Below are positions 9,925 through 19,713 of a DNA stretch of 59,825 bases, piece after piece; within the stretch, counting starts at the first letter, position 1; each line of letters opens with the position of its first letter. The notes under the pieces are model-generated. The model saw only the letters and a list, made by a program, of their open reading frames with translations. It did not search any database and was not told where the DNA came from. This DNA is from Candidatus Falkowbacteria bacterium. Its GTDB lineage: Bacteria > Patescibacteriota > Patescibacteriia > Patescibacteriales > UBA12465. Position numbers and translations under genes: made by a program. The stretch covers positions 1-59,825 of the forward strand of contig CAINDR010000054.1 of NCBI GenBank assembly GCA_903847415.1, in the 5' to 3' direction.

Positions 9925-10833
9925 ATGGATTATCAGAAAAATAAAACTAAAGATAGTTATTTGCTTGGACTTCGAAAACAAAGAAGATCCCTAAAAAAAG
10001 ACTATTTATCAAAAAAGTTAGACAATCCTTTTTATAATCGGAGAGCTAAAAGAAAAGAAAAAATTTCTGGCCGTTTAAAAATTCTAATGATCTCTTTTTT
10101 TGCCCTACTAATTATATTGTTTTGGTTATTTTTTTATTCACCATTATTTAATATCAAAAACATTAAAACTAATGGAGTGACTAGAATCGGCAATCAACAG
10201 CTAGACAGTCTTGTTTTTTCACAAACCGCAACCAGGCGAGGATTTATTTTTCAACAAAAAAATCTTTTTATTTTTTCTGATCAAGAATTAAAAAAAACAA
10301 TTCAAAATAACTATAACTTTGCCGAAATAAAAATCAGCAAAAAAATACCAAACACAATCATTTTGGATATTAGCGAAAGACCATGTGCTTTTATTTGGGA
10401 AAGTGCTAAAAAATCACCTTACTTCATTGATCAAGACGGTTACTTGATTAAAGAAATTACTGTTTCTGATTCCGATCGAAGTAAACTACCGGTGATTGAA
10501 GATCAAAGAGATTTGCCAGATGATAACTATCAAATTAGTTTAGATCGTCAATATTTATCTTTTGTGTTTGAGTTGTACCAAAAGGTTAATAGCACTGGGT
10601 TAAAAATTGATAAGTTTGTAATTGATAAAAATAGCACTGATAGCATCAGAGTAAACCTAAAAGAAGGGCCATTTTTACTGTTTAGCTTTAAAGAAACCCA
10701 AGACAAACAACTAAACAAACTAATCGCCCTTAGACAGGAAAAATTAAAAGATAATTTTAAAAATATTAAATATTTTGACTTGCGCTACGGCGATAAAGTT
10801 TTTTATATTGATAATCAAGAAGCAGGGAAGTGA
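9925..10833 (+). CDS. ftsQ: cell division protein FtsQ/DivIB-like
   Basis: Basic N-terminus, one TM, POTRA-like region (K.PNTI...ISER), C-terminal YFDLRYGDKV. Confidence 0.8.
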   Translation: MDYQKNKTKDSYLLGLRKQRRSLKKDYLSKKLDNPFYNRRAKRKEKISGRLKILMISFFALLIILFWLFFYSPLFNIKNIKTNGVTRIGNQQLDSLVFSQTATRRGFIFQQKNLFIFSDQELKKTIQNNYNFAEIKISKKIPNTIILDISERPCAFIWESAKKSPYFIDQDGYLIKEITVSDSDRSKLPVIEDQRDLPDDNYQISLDRQYLSFVFELYQKVNSTGLKIDKFVIDKNSTDSIRVNLKEGPFLLFSFKETQDKQLNKLIALRQEKLKDNFKNIKYFDLRYGDKVFYIDNQEAGK

Positions 10834-10863
10834 GCCCTGCCCTTACCCTAATAATTAAAATAT

Positions 10864-11019
10864 ATGCTTAACTCAGAGGGGTTTTTCAAATTTATTTTTG
10901 GTTTCGCAATCTTCCTATTTTGTTTAATTACTATTGGAGTGTTTTTAGTAATTATCAAAATTGTTTTATTGTTTATTCCAGAAGTTAACATTATGGGATT
11001 AATGATGTCTTACCGTTAG
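10864..11019 (+). CDS. small hydrophobic membrane protein, 51 aa (not in ORF track)
   Basis: Hand translation ATG..TAG: MLNSEGFFKFIFGFAIFLFCLITIGVFLVIIKIVLLFIPEVNIMGLMMSYR. Confidence 0.6.
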   Translation: MLNSEGFFKFIFGFAIFLFCLITIGVFLVIIKIVLLFIPEVNIMGLMMSYR

Positions 11020-11089
11020 TTGCATTATGCAAAAGCTAAAAGCTTTGAAATTGCAATCAGTCCTTCTGATTAAAAATAATCACAACACC

Positions 11090-11118
11090 TTGACTATTGT
11101 TTATTCTTTAGCTATAAT
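11090..11118 (+). promoter_or_regulatory. sigma70-type promoter of xer
   Basis: TTGACT-N17-TATAAT. Confidence 0.75.
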
Positions 11119-11148
11119 TGAGTGTAAGAGATATTATACTCAGTTATA
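11113..11148. other. dif-like inverted repeat (candidate Xer site or operator)
   Basis: TATAATTGAGTGTAA-gagata-TTATACTCAGTTATA: 15-bp arms matching 13/15, 6-bp spacer, inner TAA/TTA. Confidence 0.55.
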
Positions 11149-11172
11149 TTATTAAGCTAACATATCATCAAT

Positions 11173-12111
11173 ATGACCGAAACTTTACCTTTATTCGACG
11201 ATTTTCTTCTAGATTTAAAAGTAAACAACTATTCCCCGGAGACTCTTTATAACTACGAACGAGATCTAAAAACTTTTGAAGATTTTTTAATAGATTCACA
11301 AATCAGCTTTTCCAAATTATCTAAAAAAAATATTTTACACTACAAAGCTTTTTTAACCTCTACGGATCGAAAAACTGCTCAACACTATGATGCTCAAATC
11401 CGTCTGGGTGCATATTCTATTAATCGAGTTTTATCTGTTCTTAGAAGCTATTTGCGTTATTTGAATGAAATGGACTATCCTTCCCCGCTCTCACCCGATA
11501 CAATTAAAATGTTGAAAACTGTCAAGAAGAAGCTTCAAATTGCTGAACTTGACGAAATGTCAAAATTATTGGAATCACCAACAATTCTTGAAAAAGATAA
11601 AACCATCGGCTTAAGAAATAGGGCGATGCTGGAAGTCCTCTTCTCTACTGGGATGAGAATCTCGGAACTGATTAATATGAAAATAAGCCAAGTTGATCCA
11701 GAGGGCCGTATTTTCGTTTTAGGAAAAGGAAAGAAGGAACGCTTTGTCTATCTCACCCCAAGAGCCAAAGAGTGCCTAGAGGCTTATTTAAAGACCAGGA
11801 TGGACAATTCCCCTTACGCCTTCATTCCCTATCGTGGCCAAAATGCCGAGGCTCAAGAAAAAAAGATTTCAACTAACTATTTACAGTATAAGATTAAACA
11901 ATACCGAGAATTACTGGGAATTAATTTGCCAGTTTCCGCTCACACTCTGCGTCATGGTTTTGCCACCTATTTAGCAGAATCTGGGGCCAATCCGGTAGCT
12001 ATTCAGGTCTTATTAGGACACGAATCACTAGACACCACGACTCGCTATGTTCATGCTTCGGATAATTACGCACGACTGGAGCAGAAAAAATTTCACCCAC
12101 TAAAAAAATGA
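11173..12111 (+). CDS. XerC/XerD-family tyrosine recombinase
   Basis: SAM-like N-domain (YSPETLYNYERDL); catalytic R (TGMRISE), K (GKGKKER), HTLRH, LGH, Y (TTRY). Confidence 0.9.
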   Translation: MTETLPLFDDFLLDLKVNNYSPETLYNYERDLKTFEDFLIDSQISFSKLSKKNILHYKAFLTSTDRKTAQHYDAQIRLGAYSINRVLSVLRSYLRYLNEMDYPSPLSPDTIKMLKTVKKKLQIAELDEMSKLLESPTILEKDKTIGLRNRAMLEVLFSTGMRISELINMKISQVDPEGRIFVLGKGKKERFVYLTPRAKECLEAYLKTRMDNSPYAFIPYRGQNAEAQEKKISTNYLQYKIKQYRELLGINLPVSAHTLRHGFATYLAESGANPVAIQVLLGHESLDTTTRYVHASDNYARLEQKKFHPLKK

Positions 12112-12168
12112 TTAATTGACATTTAAATTAAAAAAGTAGAAAATTCAAAAATAAAAAGTTTTTTAAAA

Positions 12169-12573
12169 ATGAAAAAAATAGATATCATCCTGCCGATAAT
12201 TTCTGGCACGGCCTCACTCTTTGCTTTTATCTTGGTTTTATCTTGTCGGATACCAATTGCTGACGAAGGAGTAAGCAAGTTAGTAATTATTGCTTCAATT
12301 GGTGCTTATTTGTCTTTGTTAGTAATTTTTCTCTTATTTACAAAAAAGAAATTATTGGTTGATGTCGTCAATGTTTTAACAATTTTAGCCTTTATTAGTT
12401 TTATTAATTCGCTCGGAGCGCAAAACTTAAAGTTGCTTGAATTAAATTCAGTTAATATACTGATCGCATCATCAGTAATTTTGTCCATTTTAGTAAAAAT
12501 GTATGAAGTCTTGCTATTAGGCTTGGTTATTATTAAAAAAATTTTCAAATTAAAAACCCCAGTAACTAGATAG
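12169..12573 (+). CDS. hypothetical 4-TM membrane protein
   Basis: Hydrophobic 134-aa ORF with an upstream TTGACA. Confidence 0.6.
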   Translation: MKKIDIILPIISGTASLFAFILVLSCRIPIADEGVSKLVIIASIGAYLSLLVIFLLFTKKKLLVDVVNVLTILAFISFINSLGAQNLKLLELNSVNILIASSVILSILVKMYEVLLLGLVIIKKIFKLKTPVTR

Positions 12574-12589
12574 TTATTGGGGTTATTTT

Positions 12590-13378
12590 TTAAAATTTTT
12601 GTCTGACATGACACTCGCAGTTTGGAGTATGCTCAATAATTGAATAAACATCATGATTATTTATTAAATTAATTCGCTTTCCAGAACTTAAGTTCATGGA
12701 AGATGTTATTAAGCAAACATCATGCTGCATGAGTGTTTTTTGGCATTCATTCATTTGCCTAAAGAGAATCATTGTTTCTCCAAGATCTAAATAGCGGATA
12801 CCACTATAGTCTTCTAGTTTTTTTACTATTTTATTCTCAGCTAGATAATCTGACCTGAAAGATACATCATCATAATCCAAAGCATTACAAAAATTAATTT
12901 CCAGTGTTCCGGCTAATGAAGCTAAAGAATCGAGGTAAAAAGAATTTTCTTTTAGTGGTCGCTTGCTACAAGTTTCGTCATTTAAAGAAACAATCGAATC
13001 AAGATAATGACTTCGAATTAATTGATTTTTAGACCGAATAAAAGGATTAGAACCGTTTACTTCGATTAATTGCTCAAAAAAGAAAGAAGCCTTCTTTTGA
13101 TTTAATTTAGCTCTATCTTCAATTTTCGGAAAATAAGTAAGCAATGGATAATTAGCAAATTTTTTTTCTAAAGCAATTTTGATGCTCGGTAATCGACTAC
13201 TTTCAATCCAAAGATCATTCAAATTAATTTCCTGAGAATTGAACTGTGATTGATAAAAATGTTTTTGCCAATTAAGCATTGACTCCAGTGACCAAGATAA
13301 TAAGTATCGGTCGAGATGATTTTCCTTAAACCATTCCTGAAATTTTTTAAAACTAATAAATTCCTTTTCCATTTCCAT
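12590..13378 (-). CDS. hypothetical protein
   Basis: 262-aa ORF; no recognised motif. Confidence 0.6.
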   Translation of the reverse strand: MEMEKEFISFKKFQEWFKENHLDRYLLSWSLESMLNWQKHFYQSQFNSQEINLNDLWIESSRLPSIKIALEKKFANYPLLTYFPKIEDRAKLNQKKASFFFEQLIEVNGSNPFIRSKNQLIRSHYLDSIVSLNDETCSKRPLKENSFYLDSLASLAGTLEINFCNALDYDDVSFRSDYLAENKIVKKLEDYSGIRYLDLGETMILFRQMNECQKTLMQHDVCLITSSMNLSSGKRINLINNHDVYSIIEHTPNCECHVRQKF

Positions 13379-13418
13379 TTTTATTTGTTTGTAAAATTAC
13401 TATAAAAATAGCTTAAAC

Positions 13419-13456
13419 AAAAAAAGAGTTAACGTCAAATAATTACGTTAACTCTT
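13419..13456 (-). terminator. intrinsic terminator after the M23 gene
   Basis: Perfect 12-bp IR AAGAGTTAACGT/ACGTTAACTCTT with a U-tract on the minus strand. Confidence 0.7.
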
Positions 13457-13474
13457 AGGAAAATTTTATTTAAT

Positions 13475-14695
13475 TTAAGGTAAATAATTTAATGGATTAA
13501 CTGGTAATCCATTTTTTCTAACCTCAAAATGTAAGTGGGCACCAGTGCTAAAAGCACCAGAACCCAAAGAGCCAGGCATTCCGCCAGTTCGACCAATAAC
13601 TTGACCCTGAGTTACATATTGATCTGCAACAACATTTACGGCTGATACGTGACCATAAACAGTGGAAAGTCCGTTACCATGAATGATCATGATATAAGCA
13701 TAATTTTTATTACCATCAAACTTTACTCGAGCGACATAACCATCAGCAGCGGAACGCAGAGTACTTCCCTGTGCAGATTTAATATCAATGGCCGAATGTT
13801 CACCGATACTGTTACGAAATGGATAATCTGGATCATGAAAGATGGAGGTAATAATATTTTTTGCAACTGGCCACTGAAGAGTAGCATTGGGGTTTAAAAT
13901 TTGTTTCGATTTTGCTAATTTTTCACGAACAACTTTTTCCATATTCGCAATATCAGCAGTAGCTGCGTTTTGCTCTTTCTTGGCTTGCGCTAAAAGTTTT
14001 TGATAATTTTGTTCAGAAAGCTTGGTTTCTTGTAAAACCTGTTCTTTGCTGTTTTGTTCATAAACCAAAGCATCCTTTCTTTCTTCTAGTTTTCTTTTTA
14101 GCAAAGAAAGTTCTTCACTCTTTTTTTTCATCGCTTCTTGTCCGGCTAAAAGTTGCTCGCGACTAGTTTTTAAGTCATCAAGGCTTTTAGAAACCTCACC
14201 ACTGGTATTTTCTAGATATTTTGCTTGATCCAAAAACTCAGACAAAGAATCGTTTGCTAACAAAATTTCCAAGGTAGATATTTGATCTTGTCGATACATC
14301 AAAGTCAATAAAGAGGCGATATGTTCTTTGTTTTTTTCCGTAGCACGATTGATATTTTCTAAATCAATTGTAATTTTCTTAATTTCTAGTTCTGTTTCTT
14401 TTATTTCGTTATCGGTTTCTTCTAAATCTAGTTCTGATTTACTGACCCGATTTTCAATAATTACTAATTGATTGTTTAAGTTTGCCTGCTCTTCTCTTTT
14501 TTTAGCGATCAAAGAGGAATAGGCCTTCTGTCTTTGTTGAATTGAAGAGATTTGATCACGCTGAGCTTTGATTTTAGCATTTAAGGCATTAATTTCTGCG
14601 TCATATTTTTCCCCAATTGCTGATGGCGAAGAAAATAAAAACGCTAGTGCGATACTCATTAAAACAGATATTTTAAAGCGGTTTGCTTGAAACAT
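13475..14695 (-). CDS. coiled-coil M23 peptidoglycan endopeptidase (EnvC-like architecture)
   Basis: Signal peptide, long coiled coil, HSAID (HxxxD) and HLHFEVR motifs intact. Confidence 0.9.
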   Translation of the reverse strand: MFQANRFKISVLMSIALAFLFSSPSAIGEKYDAEINALNAKIKAQRDQISSIQQRQKAYSSLIAKKREEQANLNNQLVIIENRVSKSELDLEETDNEIKETELEIKKITIDLENINRATEKNKEHIASLLTLMYRQDQISTLEILLANDSLSEFLDQAKYLENTSGEVSKSLDDLKTSREQLLAGQEAMKKKSEELSLLKRKLEERKDALVYEQNSKEQVLQETKLSEQNYQKLLAQAKKEQNAATADIANMEKVVREKLAKSKQILNPNATLQWPVAKNIITSIFHDPDYPFRNSIGEHSAIDIKSAQGSTLRSAADGYVARVKFDGNKNYAYIMIIHGNGLSTVYGHVSAVNVVADQYVTQGQVIGRTGGMPGSLGSGAFSTGAHLHFEVRKNGLPVNPLNYLP

Positions 14696-14738
14696 AAAAA
14701 AACCTAAAAAATTATAACAATCAAATTATACCATTTTT

Positions 14739-16175
14739 CTAAATTTTTGTAAAAGAAAAATTAATTCGATTTAATGATTCTTCTCTTCCTAAAACCGCAG
14801 CGATCTCAAAGGGGCTCGGACTATTTTTTTCACCAGATAAGGCAACTCGCAAGGGCCAAAGATAATCGCCATTTTTCTTATCATTTTCTTTAATCCAGGA
14901 AAAAACCAACTCTTCCAAGCTTTCTTTATTCCAAGCAAAACTTTTATTTTCTAAAATAACTTTTAATTCTCGAAGATTGCTAATTGAATCAGAAACACTT
15001 AAGGTTTTCCAGACTAATAGGCTGGAATCATAATTTGGCAATTCAAAAAAGAAGCCAGATAATTCAGTGATATCAGAAATTTTCTTTAAACGATCTTTTG
15101 CCAAAGAAACTACACCGAGAAGAAACTCCTCTTCAAAATTATTCGGCAAATAATGACGACATAATTCTAATAATTCTTGATTGGTTTTCTGACGAAGATA
15201 ATAACTATTATAAAAATCGAGCTTCTCTAGATCAAAAACGGCTGGACTAACCCCCATTCCCGAAACAGAAAATTCTTTTTCTAATTCTTGAAGAGTAAAA
15301 AATTCCTGATCACTTTTAGGATGCCAACCTAAAAGAGCGCAAAAATTAACAATTGCTTCCGGTAAGTATCCTTTAGCGCGATAGTCTTCAACAAAAACAT
15401 CACCTTGACGTTTTGATAATTTTCCACCCCCCTTATTTAAAATTAAAGGTAAATGAAAAAATTTTGGCGCTGTCCAACCAAAAGCGTCATAGAGTAAAAC
15501 ATTTTTCGGAAAAGATGGGATCCATTCATCACCACGAGTAACATGAGTAATTTCCATCAGATGATCATCCACGATATTAGCGAATTGATAAGTTGGCACG
15601 CCATCTGATTTTATTAACACCTGATCATCTAGATCAGCAGCAGAAAAAATAATTTCACCACGCAATTCATCAAAAACTTTTACCTCTCCATCGAGAGGCA
15701 TCTTTTGGCGAATCACAAATTTTTCTCCCGCTATCATTTTTATTTCCGATTCTTCCGGCGAAAGATCCCGACAAGCTCGATCATAACGCGGAGCCAGCTT
15801 CTGGGCTTGTTGATTCTCACGCATCGCATCTAATCTCTCTGAGGTACAAAAACAACGATAAGCCTTCCCTTCTTTAATTAATTGTTCAGATAAGTCATGA
15901 TAAATTGCTAAACGTTCGGTCTGAATATAAGGACCAAAATCTCCACCCAAATGAGGCCCTTCGCTAAATTTAATGCCAATCCAATCCATTATTTTGATTA
16001 AACTTTCTAGGGCGCCCGTAACTTCTCTTTTTTGATCAGTATCCTCTAAACGTAAAATAAAATCACCGTTAAGACTTTTAGAAAGAAGATAGCCGAATAA
16101 AGCGGTACGCAAATTACCGACATGTAAAAAGCCGGTTGGTGATGGAGCAAAACGTAATCTGATTTTTTGATTCAT
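14739..16175 (-). CDS. gltX: glutamyl-tRNA synthetase
   Basis: RFAPSPTGFLHVGN (HIGH), LRLEDTD, KLSKR. Confidence 0.97.
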   Translation of the reverse strand: MNQKIRLRFAPSPTGFLHVGNLRTALFGYLLSKSLNGDFILRLEDTDQKREVTGALESLIKIMDWIGIKFSEGPHLGGDFGPYIQTERLAIYHDLSEQLIKEGKAYRCFCTSERLDAMRENQQAQKLAPRYDRACRDLSPEESEIKMIAGEKFVIRQKMPLDGEVKVFDELRGEIIFSAADLDDQVLIKSDGVPTYQFANIVDDHLMEITHVTRGDEWIPSFPKNVLLYDAFGWTAPKFFHLPLILNKGGGKLSKRQGDVFVEDYRAKGYLPEAIVNFCALLGWHPKSDQEFFTLQELEKEFSVSGMGVSPAVFDLEKLDFYNSYYLRQKTNQELLELCRHYLPNNFEEEFLLGVVSLAKDRLKKISDITELSGFFFELPNYDSSLLVWKTLSVSDSISNLRELKVILENKSFAWNKESLEELVFSWIKENDKKNGDYLWPLRVALSGEKNSPSPFEIAAVLGREESLNRINFSFTKI

Positions 16176-16181
16176 ATAATT

Positions 16182-17381
16182 TTAATTTAGGGTTTTTTGA
16201 GCAAAAGCTAAGAATTTTTCAGCCATTTCACGACGAACTGGATGAATTTCTTTAACCAAGTCAGCAAGCGGAATAAAGCGATAAGCGCGATGATCCCAGA
16301 AGTCAATTTTTATTTCTTCGTTCAAATCTTTCATTTCAGCTATTAAAAAAGATTGACTTTGACCACAATAATCATAATGCTTTGGAGAACCAGTACTAAT
16401 CCCTCTTCCTCGAGAAGCCCCCTTAGGAAATTGATATCGATAAGCATTCTTTAAAACACCAAGGATTTTTATTTGGTGAATATTTGTTTCCTCCCTAATC
16501 TCTCTTGCACCTGCTATTTCCACTGGTTCGCCATCGGTACCACCTTGAGGAAGTTGCCAGTGACCCAATGATTCTTGACGCTCAACAATTAATACTTCCC
16601 AGGCACCAAGGTTCTTGCGAAGCAACATGCAGGAAACATTTTTTCGATAACGATGTGGGTTGATAAAACGCCACAAAATAACTTTCCAAAAAAATACCGC
16701 AGTTGCTCGCCAAATTCTCTTCAAGCGCCTTGGCTGTTTAATTAAGCGCCATAGCCATTCTAACCCTAAACGCTGAAAAATTCTAGGGGCTCTGGTGATC
16801 TTTTTTGTGAGAAAATCAAAAGCTCCACCAACGCCAATCGCTAAACCAATGCCAGGGATTTTCTTTAAATTATGATAAATAACTTTTTCTTGAAAAGGGG
16901 CGCCAAAAGTGCAAAATAAAAGCTTTGGAGCAAAACGATTCAGTGAAGATAATATTTCTTCTGGTAAGTAAATTTCTTTTTCTAAATCAATAATTTGAAA
17001 TTTTAAATTAGGCCATCTTTCACTGAGAATTTCTCTGATATCTGAGGCGCTAGATAAACCTTGGTGCCAATTTAAAATACTAACCGAAAAATTACTGGTT
17101 TCTGCTTGACTAAGTAGCTCGGGAACAAGGTCAGCTCCAGTGATTCTCGGAATTTTTTCACCAGCCAATTGACCAGCCAAAACCAAACCAAAGCCATCAG
17201 CGGGCGCGAGAGAGGCTTGATTTAAAATATAAAAATACTCTTCATCTCGATGAGCAGTCAAAATAATCTCTGGATTGACTGTTGCAACATAATGCTGACC
17301 GGAATTTATAAATTCGGTAAGTTTGTTTTTTAAATCTATCTTTGACAAGGTAGAAATATTTATTCCTAAAATATTAATCAT
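16182..17381 (-). CDS. WecB/TagA/CpsF glycosyltransferase fused to an RppH-like NUDIX domain
   Basis: TVNPE, ADG, RITGADL, GAPFQE, GVGGAFD, RAP..LGLEWLWRL; C-terminal WQLPQGG..AREIREET..GQSQ. Confidence 0.85.
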   Translation of the reverse strand: MINILGINISTLSKIDLKNKLTEFINSGQHYVATVNPEIILTAHRDEEYFYILNQASLAPADGFGLVLAGQLAGEKIPRITGADLVPELLSQAETSNFSVSILNWHQGLSSASDIREILSERWPNLKFQIIDLEKEIYLPEEILSSLNRFAPKLLFCTFGAPFQEKVIYHNLKKIPGIGLAIGVGGAFDFLTKKITRAPRIFQRLGLEWLWRLIKQPRRLKRIWRATAVFFWKVILWRFINPHRYRKNVSCMLLRKNLGAWEVLIVERQESLGHWQLPQGGTDGEPVEIAGAREIREETNIHQIKILGVLKNAYRYQFPKGASRGRGISTGSPKHYDYCGQSQSFLIAEMKDLNEEIKIDFWDHRAYRFIPLADLVKEIHPVRREMAEKFLAFAQKTLN

Positions 17382-17449
17382 TTATCTATTTTTTGATTTT
17401 TTATTTATGCTATAATAATAACATACAATCTTATTATAAAAAATAATCC

Positions 17450-18412
17450 ATGTCCAACCATAAAAAAATTTCAAACAAAATTGAAGAGTTGATCATTGAT
17501 AATCCGGGATCACCATTTCGACTCAGTTGGGTTAATATCACTGGGGCTGATCAAGAGGAGATTTCCTACCTAAAAAAGCGCTTTAATTTTAAAATTCAAA
17601 ATCTTAACGCCTCGATCTCAACTGTTTTTTCTCAGAGACCGATGATTTTTGAGGAAGATGGCTATCTATTTATGATTTTGCATTTTCCAATTTTTGAAAA
17701 TAATAAAATTATTCCTGCTGAAATTGAGTTTTTTGTTGGGCATGGCTTCTTAATTACCGCCCATAACGATAATATTCCTGCTTTAGGAAAATTTTTTAAT
17801 TTTTGTAAAGAAAATAAAGACTCCCTTCTTTCCTATGTTAACGAGTCATCAGTCATGTTGCTTTATGAAATCCTCGACCGCCTCATTAAAGACTGCTACC
17901 CTTTAATTGATAAAAATAGTATTAAAATTGATGAAGTTGAAGAGCAAATTTTTTCAAAAACCCAAAAGCAAACTGCTGATGGAATTCTGTCTGTTAAAAG
18001 AAATATCATTAATCTTCAAAAAATTCTTCAAAATCATAAAAATATTCTTAAACATCTCACTGAGATGAAAAGCAGTATTGTGGAAAGAGATTTAATCAAA
18101 AAGCATTATGATGGATTAGTTGAGCATTCCAAAAGAATTTGGGAAATGCTGGACATTCAAAAAGACATTATTGATGCTTTGCATGACACTAGCGAATCAA
18201 TTTCTAATGCCAAGATGACTAGTATCATGAAAACTTTAACGATGTTTTCTGTAATTATTTTTCCATTAACACTTTTTGCGGCCATCTTTGCAATGAGAAC
18301 CGCTTACCTGCCACTAGAGTCTCATCCTTACGGTTTTTGGCTGATTATCGGAATCATGGCCTTTATCGCCGTTATAATGCTTCTAATCTTTAAAAAGAAG
18401 CGTTGGATGTAA
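17450..18412 (+). CDS. CorA-family divalent cation transporter with atypical signature
   Basis: Cytoplasmic funnel, MKTLTMFSVIIFPLT, two C-terminal TMs, KKKRWM end. The GMN motif reads AMR. Confidence 0.85.
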   Translation: MSNHKKISNKIEELIIDNPGSPFRLSWVNITGADQEEISYLKKRFNFKIQNLNASISTVFSQRPMIFEEDGYLFMILHFPIFENNKIIPAEIEFFVGHGFLITAHNDNIPALGKFFNFCKENKDSLLSYVNESSVMLLYEILDRLIKDCYPLIDKNSIKIDEVEEQIFSKTQKQTADGILSVKRNIINLQKILQNHKNILKHLTEMKSSIVERDLIKKHYDGLVEHSKRIWEMLDIQKDIIDALHDTSESISNAKMTSIMKTLTMFSVIIFPLTLFAAIFAMRTAYLPLESHPYGFWLIIGIMAFIAVIMLLIFKKKRWM

Positions 18413-18446
18413 ATAAAACCTAGGATAAAATAATTTTTTAGAATAG

Positions 18447-18478
18447 AAAAAACCTTCAAGAAGTCTTGAGGGTTTTTT
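18447..18478 (+). terminator. intrinsic terminator
   Basis: AAAAAACCTTCAAG-aagt-CTTGAGGGTTTTTT. Confidence 0.7.
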
Positions 18479-18535
18479 AAATATTTTATTTAATATTAGC
18501 AAAATATACCCCAAAGTAGTCTAAACCCTGAATAC

Positions 18536-18564
18536 TTGACAAAAGTAAATAAATAATGTATAAT
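18536..18564 (+). promoter_or_regulatory. sigma70 promoter of the GT4 gene
   Basis: TTGACA-N17-TATAAT. Confidence 0.8.
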
Positions 18565-18588
18565 ATAAAGTCAAAGTAAAAGACTAAT

Positions 18589-19704
18589 ATGAAAATTTTT
18601 CTCATTGGACAAAAAGGAATCCCTGCTAAAAACGGTGGCGTTGAAAAACACGTTGAGAATTTAGCGGTTCGTCTGGCTAATTATAACCATGAGGTTTTTG
18701 TATATGCTAGAAATAATTATCAAACTGAAAAAATCTCTAAATACAGAGGAGTTAATATTATCACTCTGCCAAGTATCGGCACTAAAAATCTAGATGCTAT
18801 TTCTCATACTTTTTTTGCTTGTTTAGATCTGATTTTATTTCGAAAACCAGATGTAGTTCACTTTCATTCAGTTGGCCCATCTTCCCTGCTTTTATTTATC
18901 AAAATATTTCGTCCAAATTTAAAAATTGTTTTTACCTATCATTGCCAAGATTATCGTCATCAAAAATGGGGCAAAATTGCCAGATGGTATTTGAAATTTG
19001 GTGAAATGATTGGTTGCCGTTTCTCAGATAAAACAATTACAATTTCTAAAGAATTACAAAAATACGCCAAAGAAGTTTACCAAATTGATACCGCTTATAT
19101 TCCAAATGGCGCTGAACAAGTTACTGAATCTGGCTCAAATCAATTAGCTGCTTTCGACTTAGAAAAAGAAGAATACCTTGTTTCTATTTCCCGTTTAGTT
19201 CGTCACAAAGGAATTCATTATTTAATCGAAGCTTACCAAGGACTAACGACTAACAAGAAATTAGTGATTGTCGGCGATGGTGCTTTTACGGATGAATATG
19301 TCGCTGAAATAAAAAAGCTTGCTGGCACAAACAAAAATATTATCTTTACCGGCAACCAAAGTGGTCAAGTTTTGTCTCAACTGTATGTTAATGCCTATGC
19401 CTTTGTGCAACCATCGGAATATGAGGGTTTATCAGTCGCTCTTCTGGAGGCAATGTCTTTCGGTCTTCCCTGTGTCGTTAGTGATATTGAGGCGAATCTA
19501 GAGGCCACAGGCGAAAATGCCCTTGTCTTTAAAAATAAAAATTCGGAAGATTTAAAAAATAAATTAAACGAATTATTAACAAAACCAGAACTAGCAAAGA
19601 CTCTTGGTCAAAAATTACAAGAACGAGCAAGCACAGAATATAACTGGGATACTATTGCCCAAAACACCGAAATATTGTATAATCAGTTGATAACCAAAAA
19701 ATAA
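18589..19704 (+). CDS. glycosyltransferase family 4
   Basis: GIPAKNGGVE, SRLVRHKG, PSEYEGLSVALLEAM. Confidence 0.92.
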   Translation: MKIFLIGQKGIPAKNGGVEKHVENLAVRLANYNHEVFVYARNNYQTEKISKYRGVNIITLPSIGTKNLDAISHTFFACLDLILFRKPDVVHFHSVGPSSLLLFIKIFRPNLKIVFTYHCQDYRHQKWGKIARWYLKFGEMIGCRFSDKTITISKELQKYAKEVYQIDTAYIPNGAEQVTESGSNQLAAFDLEKEEYLVSISRLVRHKGIHYLIEAYQGLTTNKKLVIVGDGAFTDEYVAEIKKLAGTNKNIIFTGNQSGQVLSQLYVNAYAFVQPSEYEGLSVALLEAMSFGLPCVVSDIEANLEATGENALVFKNKNSEDLKNKLNELLTKPELAKTLGQKLQERASTEYNWDTIAQNTEILYNQLITKK

Positions 19705-19713
19705 ACAGGCGAG

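Noticed and set aside
11173..12111. Prophage or island integrase
   Set aside because: Size and motifs fit a Xer-type recombinase, and no phage genes or adjacent tRNA att site are present.
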